Source: a virus. From it: DNA of 64,000 bases. Positions 28,822-38,000 of this stretch are shown one piece after another. Position 1 is the first letter of the stretch; the number at the start of each line of letters is the position of its first letter. The stretch is from the IMG/VR virus record IMGVR_UViG_3300042868_013845, positions 1 to 64,000 of that record; one strand, given 5' to 3'. A program made the position numbers and the translations under genes. The notes under the pieces are model-generated. The model did no database searches, was not told where the DNA came from, and saw only the letters and a program-made list of their open reading frames with translations.

Positions 28822-29169
28822 TCAACTAGATGGTTGTGTTGCTCGCGGTGTGATTGTAACTTGACCTTCAATAACGCGCATAACGTCATTGTTATTTGCA
28901 GTATAAACTTCAATGTCAAAAACATATCGTCCTGCTTTCATAGCTGCAGTTTGAGTCGGCGTTAGACTAATTCTCACAAGTCCATCCTCGGGATCGCCAT
29001 ATACCTCAACAAGAAAGTTAACCGCAAGAGTCGCTTTATAATTGCGACGAATCTGACCTCGACCAGAATAAGTGGTGAGATCTAGCGGCAAATTATTTAA
29101 TGTCAATACCGGCAGCGTTGCATTATATGCAGAGCCTTGATCAATAATAATATCTGTATAGAAAGCCAT
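28822..29169 (-). CDS. Virion beta-sandwich adaptor protein common in T4-like phages
   Basis: IIIDQGS, LDLTTYSGRGQIRR, ISLTPTQTAAMKAGRYVFDI, RVIEGQVTITP; TATAAATA at 29175-29182. Confidence 0.7.
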   Translation of the reverse strand: MAFYTDIIIDQGSAYNATLPVLTLNNLPLDLTTYSGRGQIRRNYKATLAVNFLVEVYGDPEDGLVRISLTPTQTAAMKAGRYVFDIEVYTANNNDVMRVIEGQVTITPRATQPSS

Positions 29170-29197
29170 GTTTCTATTTATATAGATTTTACATCAA

Positions 29198-29518
29198 TCA
29201 GTCTGTGATATTTGCTGCAAGCCAAAGTGTTCTATAGTTTAGTCCATATTGTACAAGTAACTCACGCAATTCAGTTACACTCAACGTATGAGGCACGCCA
29301 TTAATGTCAGCGATAGTTTGCTGACTAGTCCTGAATGCAATCTTTTCAGCTTCTGTTGTCAAAAGATCTTCTGCTTCACGTAAGAGTACAAGTGTTTGTG
29401 CAAACAACGAACGATCACGCTCACCGGCTGCCAGTCTTACATCTCCAACCGCTACACCACCAATTCTTTCAGTCCAAGCGAGCGTATCCTTATTCCATTT
29501 TAGTTCTTTGTCTGTCAT
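29198..29518 (-). CDS. Possible tail fibre assembly protein (DUF4376-like)
   Basis: GGVAVGD...IADINGVPHTLSVTELRELL pattern; follows a fibre gene. Confidence 0.45.
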   Translation of the reverse strand: MTDKELKWNKDTLAWTERIGGVAVGDVRLAAGERDRSLFAQTLVLLREAEDLLTTEAEKIAFRTSQQTIADINGVPHTLSVTELRELLVQYGLNYRTLWLAANITD

Positions 29519-29520
29519 GC

Positions 29521-31362
29521 TTATTCAAATGTTACTGTTATATCGACCGTATCTCCTTCATTTGGTAAATTTCCTTCTAAATAAAATTCTGTTTCTTCAG
29601 TAACTGTTACACTAATAGTACCACTTTGATTTGGCCAACTAGATGGATTGGCTAATGCAAACTGAGCACTTAAGTTTTCATTTGAAGTATCAGGCTGAAG
29701 AAGATACAGCGTGTCTGGTGTGCCTCCTGAAAATGTAGCACCGTAGTTAGGAGTCCCTTTTAAATTAATATTATGAGATCCCCATGACTGTGTGATGAAA
29801 TTGGAAGCTGAAATAGTTACAGTGTATGTTCCAGCAGGAACCGTAACGGTATTTGATCCAGTAAATGCACCGTAAGTTCCTCCAACAATACTTTCAGATA
29901 ATGTATAGGTGCCGCCACCTTGATCTCCAGATCCAGCTAAAAGAATGCTAATATCGTTATTGTCTTTAAACCATACAGAATCGCCATATTGCAATAATAA
30001 TACACGCCCTTCATCCGCAGGCTCTAATTGATTTGGAGCAGTATTTAAACGAGCTTGTAGTGCAGCCGTATCAATACCACTTCGTGAAGCTGTGGTTAAT
30101 ACTCCACCAGGTCCTGTAGTTACAACTTGATCTGCAGTACTGCCAATTGCACCCGCCGCTGTAATATTACCATGACTGTGTGATGCAGCTGCAAATGCCG
30201 TTGATGCTGAAGTTGCTGCAGTGCCTAAGCCTAATGCGGTGCGGTGAGCTGCTGCTGCTCCAGTGCCATATGTATAGCTCATAGAGTTAATTGTAAGAGT
30301 TCCTGCAACAGTTCCATTTGTAAGCTTGTCGGGAACTCCTGTCATACTTGCAGTTAATGCAACAGTACCGCTTGCATTTGGAAAACCTATACTCCTAGAA
30401 TCAGTTGCTAATTGTCCGTTAAGCAATACTACACCACCTGAATTTGTGCTTGCTAGAGTGATTGATCCGTTAGGATAGACTCCAAGTAATGCGACATTTA
30501 TTGTTGCAGTTCCGCTACTTAAACCTAATGCAGTACGATGTGCTGTTGCTACACCTGATCCATAATTAAATGTTTCATTATTAAATGTTACTGCATCAGC
30601 AATTGTTATATCATTTGTTTCTACTGAGTCAATATCCAATACGGCAGTACCATCTGAAGTCGTAGAAACTGTTAAACTATTTGGACCTTTTAAACTAACA
30701 CCGGGTGATGGCCAATCTCCAGCACTTTTTGGTCCAAATAATACATAATTAATTCTATCAAGATAATAATCACCATCAGCACCCCCAGATGGTGTTGATA
30801 TCGTACCACTAATTATTGTATTACCATCTGCACCGTTTGCACCGCTTGCGGCAACAGTTGCTCCAACCAATTCAGTCCATGTTCCGCTGCCAGAGGTACT
30901 ATAGCTATAGATTCGTGGTCCAGTTGGAGAAAATAATGATACGCTGCTTACACCCAAACGAACAATAAAGAGTGTGCCATTTTTATTTAAAATATTGGCT
31001 ATAGGCGGTGATGTTGACGATGTAGGCAATTGATTAACATAATCAACTACACCATCAATAGCAAGACCTCGTCCAGCTGGTCCCTTAACATTACCAAGCG
31101 GCTTGTCATTATTGTCAGAATAGATTGCGATCAAGTCACCATCTGGTGTTAAATTAACATCGCGAACATGTAGCAAATCATCTGATGTTGTTAAATTTAT
31201 TTCAACAATCGGATTAACAAGATCATCACGATTTTTATAATAGAGTTTATTATCAGGAATGTTAATGAAGCATTCTCCAAGCAATAAATCACTATCAACT
31301 GGTTTTGCTCCAGGAACATTGCTATGGCGTAATATAATTCGAGATGGTGTTAGACTAGGCAT
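29521..31362 (-). CDS. Tail fibre / fibre-like protein
   Basis: N-terminal LLLGECFINIPDNKLYYK, GADGDYYLD...LFGPK motif, AHRTALGL repeats, HSHGNIT. Confidence 0.75.
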   Translation of the reverse strand: MPSLTPSRIILRHSNVPGAKPVDSDLLLGECFINIPDNKLYYKNRDDLVNPIVEINLTTSDDLLHVRDVNLTPDGDLIAIYSDNNDKPLGNVKGPAGRGLAIDGVVDYVNQLPTSSTSPPIANILNKNGTLFIVRLGVSSVSLFSPTGPRIYSYSTSGSGTWTELVGATVAASGANGADGNTIISGTISTPSGGADGDYYLDRINYVLFGPKSAGDWPSPGVSLKGPNSLTVSTTSDGTAVLDIDSVETNDITIADAVTFNNETFNYGSGVATAHRTALGLSSGTATINVALLGVYPNGSITLASTNSGGVVLLNGQLATDSRSIGFPNASGTVALTASMTGVPDKLTNGTVAGTLTINSMSYTYGTGAAAAHRTALGLGTAATSASTAFAAASHSHGNITAAGAIGSTADQVVTTGPGGVLTTASRSGIDTAALQARLNTAPNQLEPADEGRVLLLQYGDSVWFKDNNDISILLAGSGDQGGGTYTLSESIVGGTYGAFTGSNTVTVPAGTYTVTISASNFITQSWGSHNINLKGTPNYGATFSGGTPDTLYLLQPDTSNENLSAQFALANPSSWPNQSGTISVTVTEETEFYLEGNLPNEGDTVDITVTFE

Positions 31363-31377
31363 ATGAGTTTATTTATC

Positions 31378-34300
31378 TTATAGAATATCACGATCAATCT
31401 TCTTAAATTGAGGAAATGTTTTGAGTACAGTTGAAACTGGGAAATATGATCGTGTTACTTCTGTGCCTGTAACATAGACTCTTCCAATATCTTCACCCTC
31501 ATCTTTACATAATATATATGTTTGATTCATCGCACCAGCTATATTAACAATATTATCTGGATTTTCTGGAAAGATAAGTTTAGCATATTTTGGTGTTGCT
31601 GCATTTAAAGATACACTTGTACCAAGCACATAACCAGTATTTACTCCTCCAGCATAAATTTCAAAAATACCACTATTTGTAGCTGTTTCAGTAATTACAA
31701 ATATGCGAGTAAGATTTGCATCATCAATAATGAAAAAGTCATGTACTCTGCCTTGCAGACCAACATTTGTCCATACTAAAGTATTACCAGCGCTTGCACT
31801 TCCACTATTTGCGCAACCACTTGCACGATTACCAGCAAAATATAATACTCCATTGCTTGATAATAGAAATGAAATTGCACTATAATTACATGTTTGTATT
31901 TTACTTATCTTATTAGATTCTAAACCTGAACCAGCAAATGCAGCTGCTCTCGGCAGAGTTGGATTATCTAAATTGTTTATAGCTAAACGACCATTTGTAT
32001 TTAATCCACCAACAAGAAGTTTGTCAGTTAGAATATCAGATTCAGGCAAACGATCAAGTAATCCTGTTGGAAGAGGAGATGTGAAAGTAAAACCTTTTCT
32101 TAATATAATGCCATCACCTGAAGCAACTGCAGCACCACCACGAGAAACACTAATATCAACAATGCCCTTTAATCGGCCTCGATATGTGTTAAGAGCTCCA
32201 ATACCATCAGTCGTATTATTTTTTAATGATACAATTTTTTCTGTACTATTGCTAATAAATGCAAGTCGCGCACCATCTTCTAGAGTACTAAATAATCTAA
32301 ATTGAGTTGATCGATTTGCACCAGATGCATCTCCTAAAATAATATAACGATTTGTTGTTTTAAATGTCAATACATCAAAGTCAGATAGACCATGCGGTGG
32401 TACTTGACCATTAACAGGTGTGCGTTCAAAAATAGTACCAGATTGTGTAGGTAATGTTGCATTTAACACTCTAAATGTGCTTGTCGCATTATTTGACGAT
32501 TGATCACTTAGCATTGGAACAAAGTCAGTAATTGATCCAGTTGTCAAATTACCAAATGCACCTTTGCGATTTATACCTGCACACCATATCTCATTATCTG
32601 CTTCATTTCCTGGTTTTCCAACAATTACATAATGAGCATCATATGTACGTACTACCTTTTTAATATACCAATTATAATCGGAAAAACTTTCAGTTGATAA
32701 TCCAGTTTGTGTTCTCCATGCAGCTATTGCATCATTTTCAGTTGTTGCGAGACCTCCTGCTGTTATTGCATTTGGTTTAAACCAGTTAAATCTCTTACGA
32801 ATCTTTTCACCAGATTCGCTTGCTAGCAGTGTGCTTAATGCACTAGTACTTGCTTTAATTGCAGTTTTTTCTGCAGAGGTTAATGCAAAATTATACCAAA
32901 GATTTCTTCCAGGTGAATCAAATCCTGGTCCCCAAACAAGTGGACCAGTTGTTGCCGAGGTTGGTGTTGTATTTCCTCGACCAAATTGACCTTCTGCATT
33001 ACGTCCAGCACTTATATAATAGCCGCGAGTATATGGTACAGTTCCATTAAAATAATTAACTAATCCAGATGATGGATTAATATTCACATAAGCATTACCA
33101 TAACCATCTTTTGTTTTGATTGTTATATTTGTATTCTCATCATCAGAACCAGCTATACCTGTTACACTATCAACCAATACTGCATTTGCTGGCCAAGAAG
33201 CTTGAAGCGGTAAAAATGCAGGCAATAATTGTCGAATTTGTGTTGTATTGCTATATGGATTAGTTGGAAAAAATGCACTATTGTAATAGCTACTAAATTC
33301 AGTAAGACCACGACTATTTGCCGCAATATCACCTCTTTTGTTTTCACCATAACCATAAATGACATCATTATGATCAGTGAAAAAGAATTGATCGGGTGTT
33401 GCAAATGTACTTTTTAGTGATGTAACTTTTCCAAAATTAGATCCAAATGGGCTAATAGCATTTAATGTAACATCGGAGTCAATTGAACCTGAAGCAAGAG
33501 TGGCTGTTGCAACTGTTCTCCATGCTCGACCTGCTCCACTTTTATCAACAATACTAAATGAATTTTTAGCATCGCTATAACCTGAACCATCAACTGATTG
33601 CATTAGATCATAGCAACTGCCTTCAACTCCGCCTGCTAATACACGTGTATCAACATAAAGTTTATTTGCAGCATCAGTATCATCTACAGGAGTTGCTGTT
33701 GTTAAACGATTATTAGTATAACGAGGAATATTTGTTTTTAGTTCAAGTTTCTTCGTATCTGTATTAAATTGAAAAACATTAGTATCAGCATTAAGTCCAA
33801 TTTGAGTAATACCATTTGTTAAACTTGAATTAGTTTTTGGAGTAGTGCCATTTGATTCAAAAAATGATATGCCATTGCCTTTAGTTAAACCAAATGTAGA
33901 AACCGGATCGGCCAAAAATTTTATAAGTTTAACTGTATTAGGAGAACCACTTGTTGAATTAGGTGATAATGTAGCGGATATCGGAAATGTAGGTGGAATA
34001 GGTGGAGTAACTACGTTATTAAGTAAATAAATAAGATTTAGAAATGGACTATTTGCATTAGTTGCAGTAATCGTTCCTCCATTTAAGATAAGCCAACCAT
34101 AGAAGTTTGTATCATCAGGTATATGTCCATATGCAATTCCTCCAGGTGTACCTTCAGCTTCCCATTCTTCAGCCTTTGTAGTATCAATATCAATGATTGT
34201 ACCAATCGGTAATATTTCTTTTGTTGGTGTCACAGTTAATAATGCATCTTGCACGTGCAAAGCAATTTCTTCTGCAAGATTCTGATCTGTCACCCATGAT

Positions 34301-34848
34301 ATAGTTCCACCACTAGAAGTTAGATATGAAGTTCCACCTGGTAAAGATGGAAAATTCCATATATTATTAGTACCAAACTTAATTTGTGAATTTGCAACTT
34401 CTAAATTAACATTATTAGCAATCCTAAAAATTCCACCTGATACTGCATAATCAAGAATTAAAGTATTAGATGTTGAAGCAGTTGGAAAACTTAAACTAAA
34501 TTCATTTGCTGTTGGATTTGATAATAGGTTAATGCCATTTTCTCCAATAAAATTGATATTACCATCAATGCCATATTTAAAATTTAACCTTTCAAGAGCA
34601 ATATCTCCATTAATAAGATTATTTTGATTTAAATCACCAGATAATGTAACGGCTGCATTAAAAACAGTAGTATTATTAAATGTTTTAGCTCCAGTAATAG
34701 ATTGAGCTAAAACAACATTAACATATTCGTCATCAATAGCAAACTCGGTAGTTTTCAATTCAGTAACAATATTATTGAATCGATCAATCCACACTTTAAA
34801 ATTATCGCTATATGCGATAGGCTCAATACTGTTTAGTATATTACTCAT
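31378..34848 (-). CDS. Baseplate-attached fibre/RBP with collar-like domain and C-terminal RCC1-like repeats
   Basis: SDNFKVWIDRFN N-terminus; LPIGTII...GWLILNG; DAANKLYVD; GENKRG, GRNAEGQFG, GINRKGAFG, GLNTNGRL, GVNTGYVLG. Confidence 0.65.
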   Translation of the reverse strand: MSNILNSIEPIAYSDNFKVWIDRFNNIVTELKTTEFAIDDEYVNVVLAQSITGAKTFNNTTVFNAAVTLSGDLNQNNLINGDIALERLNFKYGIDGNINFIGENGINLLSNPTANEFSLSFPTASTSNTLILDYAVSGGIFRIANNVNLEVANSQIKFGTNNIWNFPSLPGGTSYLTSSGGTISWVTDQNLAEEIALHVQDALLTVTPTKEILPIGTIIDIDTTKAEEWEAEGTPGGIAYGHIPDDTNFYGWLILNGGTITATNANSPFLNLIYLLNNVVTPPIPPTFPISATLSPNSTSGSPNTVKLIKFLADPVSTFGLTKGNGISFFESNGTTPKTNSSLTNGITQIGLNADTNVFQFNTDTKKLELKTNIPRYTNNRLTTATPVDDTDAANKLYVDTRVLAGGVEGSCYDLMQSVDGSGYSDAKNSFSIVDKSGAGRAWRTVATATLASGSIDSDVTLNAISPFGSNFGKVTSLKSTFATPDQFFFTDHNDVIYGYGENKRGDIAANSRGLTEFSSYYNSAFFPTNPYSNTTQIRQLLPAFLPLQASWPANAVLVDSVTGIAGSDDENTNITIKTKDGYGNAYVNINPSSGLVNYFNGTVPYTRGYYISAGRNAEGQFGRGNTTPTSATTGPLVWGPGFDSPGRNLWYNFALTSAEKTAIKASTSALSTLLASESGEKIRKRFNWFKPNAITAGGLATTENDAIAAWRTQTGLSTESFSDYNWYIKKVVRTYDAHYVIVGKPGNEADNEIWCAGINRKGAFGNLTTGSITDFVPMLSDQSSNNATSTFRVLNATLPTQSGTIFERTPVNGQVPPHGLSDFDVLTFKTTNRYIILGDASGANRSTQFRLFSTLEDGARLAFISNSTEKIVSLKNNTTDGIGALNTYRGRLKGIVDISVSRGGAAVASGDGIILRKGFTFTSPLPTGLLDRLPESDILTDKLLVGGLNTNGRLAINNLDNPTLPRAAAFAGSGLESNKISKIQTCNYSAISFLLSSNGVLYFAGNRASGCANSGSASAGNTLVWTNVGLQGRVHDFFIIDDANLTRIFVITETATNSGIFEIYAGGVNTGYVLGTSVSLNAATPKYAKLIFPENPDNIVNIAGAMNQTYILCKDEGEDIGRVYVTGTEVTRSYFPVSTVLKTFPQFKKIDRDIL

Positions 34849-34858
34849 ATATTGTTAT

Positions 34859-35065
34859 TTATGCTAGTAAAGTTTGTATTTTTTTCTCTAATTCATGCAC
34901 CCGCATCTCAAGACTATCAATTCTTTCTAATAGTTTTTTCTCATGAGTTGCACGTTTTTTTCGAGCTAATGCTGCTGCATATGCATCATTATCAACATTA
35001 ATTACTGCTCCAGATCGCGGGTCTTTTGCAAGACCCGCATTGCCCTGAACTTTAACTAAACTCAT
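34859..35065 (-). CDS. Small conserved T4-like protein
   Basis: VKVQGNAGLAKDPRSGAVIN plus coiled coil; usual position after the large structural gene. Confidence 0.7.
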   Translation of the reverse strand: MSLVKVQGNAGLAKDPRSGAVINVDNDAYAAALARKKRATHEKKLLERIDSLEMRVHELEKKIQTLLA

Positions 35066-38000
35066 AGTGTTGCAATTGCTCTAAAGTTTCTTATTGTTGG
35101 AACGTCAATATAATCTTTTCCTCTAAATTCAATCTTAACTGCAAATTGTTTGAAATCAACATCTTCTTCGGGAAAATTAATATTGAATTTTACTTCACTA
35201 TATTTAGCTCTGTCACTATTAACAGGTATAACTGTTGGGCTTGTTGGTTTTAATTCAATCCAGTCAGATTCTGTTGGAACAGATAGAGCAAGATTATTTG
35301 AACCAATAATAACCTGATGTGTTGCAGCTAATGGTGTTGTTGATAGTGGTAATGTTACAGATGGTGCAATCAAATCATATGGTGTTTCAACATCAATCGC
35401 TGTTGTTTCATTATAATAATAACGCCAAATGCCTTCAACATGTTGAACGTCAGTAATAATTGCAACCACATTTGCACCTACAGTTGTTCCATTAGCTACT
35501 AATCTCCAACCAGGAACAACATTAGCATATTTCAATCCAGAATTTGGTGATTTTCTTGTGAAATATTTGTTACTAATAGAATTATTATTCTCATCAAAGA
35601 ATTGTCCAAAGACTTTAATATTTGATGATTTTGTAGGCAAATTAATATCAACTATAACATCAAGCTGATCTGCTGGTTCAGCGAGATATACTGGTTTTGA
35701 AAAATATCGGCTAGTTGCACCAGACTCTCTTATCGCATATTCTCTTGTCTCAAGACTAAGTGATTCGAGATCAATGACTGGACTAATACGACTATCAGTT
35801 GTTGTTAAAGTTGTAGACAATCTAACATCATTTGTTGTATCAGTACCAATTGCAAAATTGCTATTAACTAGATTTTCAACTGGCTCTCCTGATTCAACAC
35901 TATATGTTCTAGCGTTAGCGCCAGTATCAAGTTCAAGAATATTTGAAATTTGTGTTTTTCCACTAAGTTCAATAAACTTCTGATTAAGATTAAATGCGCC
36001 AATTCGATATTGTGGACGTTTGCCTTGGAATGTTGCGCTTCGCGCATTATCTCCGATTTGAGTAACTGTAATCTCTGGATCACTTGCGTAGCCAGTTCCG
36101 GGCTCAGTAATATTAAATCCAACAATGGCTGTATTGATGCTATTGAATACTGGACTAACAACTGCAGTGCGACCACCAGCTGGAGCAGCTGTAACAGCCA
36201 CAGTTACATTAGCTGTTTCCCAACCAATGTTTTCAAAATCACCAGTTGTGGCAAATGATGAAATATCAACTCTATGTAAACCGCTGCCAATAACAGGATT
36301 AACAGCTAGTGTTCCGCTCGTCACATTGAAGCTAGCACGATTAATCTTGAATTTAAGATCTCGGTTTTGTGATGCTGACCATGTTGTTTTATTTGCACTA
36401 GTGAAAAATACACCAACTGCAGGCTGTTCAGAAATGATTGCTCCATTAGATGTAATATCAACTGCACCTAAATCTGCAATATATGCTTTATAACCATATG
36501 AACCGCTAAAGGCAACAACTGCATATTCAACGTTTGGCTCAAGATAAATCGGATTAGCAAATTCAAAGCGAGTCATAAGTGATGAATCGTCGCTTACATT
36601 AATTTGACTGTTTGTCAAACTTGTTTCGCTGCCCGGTACAATAGTATCTGTTGGATAGCCATTAGCGACTGTCACAAGATATACCTGTACTTGAGCACTT
36701 CCTGCTGGAGGTTTCTGTGCAAATGCAAGTTCTACACTGCTTGCGAATATACCACAATCATCTTCAATTCTAAATGTTTGTGCAATCGGATCATTTTTAC
36801 GTACGCAAATTCTGTTGCGTTGAACTTCTTGACGTTTTACACGTGGAACTTGTGTTGAAATTACAGTTTCACTGCTATCAATATCAAGACCATTTGATAT
36901 AAAGCGTGCTTCAGCAAAACTATCCTCTTCGTCTTTAATATTACGAGGACTATTTGTTAAGCGAAGTAATTTTTCTCCAGTTGAGAATTTAAAGTTTGAA
37001 TCATTTGGTATGATAAACATAGCAACAATATTGCCATCGGCATCACTTACCAATTCAGAAGCCGTTGAATATTTCGCTAAGAGTTCTGTTTGTGATTTGC
37101 CTTCATCAACTGTCAAGTTATAGGTTGCACTATTAAATGTAGTTGGCAATAATTTTACAAATTGTGTAACATCTTTACCATCGAAAAATGCATAGAATCG
37201 TGTATTTGGTTTTACACTTGCCACATCAACAAGAACAGATCGTGTTCTCATATATGTTGAGATCTTTACATCTTTGACATAATCACCTAAACTTTGTTCA
37301 ACGTCTTCAAAAGCAAGATCAGTTTGTACTCCACTTGCTACTTGGTTTTGAATAGTAATTCTCTTTTTCTTTTTACCGAAAAGACCACCGAAAAGACCAC
37401 CAAATTTATTAGAAAATTTACCAATATCAACACCTGTTGCGCCATTAGCCTGTAAGAATTTAAGAGCAGCTTTTTTGTTTTTAACTTTCTTAGAAACACT
37501 TGATGTTGTTACCCATGAATTCCATTGTGTGCCAGTAAAACCAGCTTCATTTGCGAAATCTCGCAACACACTATCAAATCCATCATAGAGCTCAACTGAT
37601 GTTTGAGCTTGTTCTGTTTTTTCAGACCAGGTATCAACTTCTGGAGTCAGATTTATAATACCAACATCAGCGCTCTGCTCATGCGGTTGTAGATCAATAA
37701 ATTGACTAGCTGAAGATTGTGTCAAATAATCAACATCTGTTTCACCATATGATAAAAATGCTTTATTATTTTTAATAGTAATTCCATTTACTTTCGCATT
37801 TGGATTAAATGGTATGCTATATCCAGTATGATACGGATAGAGTATGCCTCGTTCACTATCGATTGAGCATAAAAACTCTGGTTGAGAACTATCGCTAACA
37901 TCTAGGTTTCTAAAACCATCTGTGATAAATCCATTTTTGAATTTTTCACCATCTGTGCCAAAAATACTACGTTCATTTGCATCTCTTTCTAATAGAGATA

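Noticed and set aside
23560-34848. Diversity-generating retroelement or invertible fibre cassette
   Set aside because: No reverse transcriptase or invertase in the window; the repeats are in-frame and differ at all bases, not only adenines
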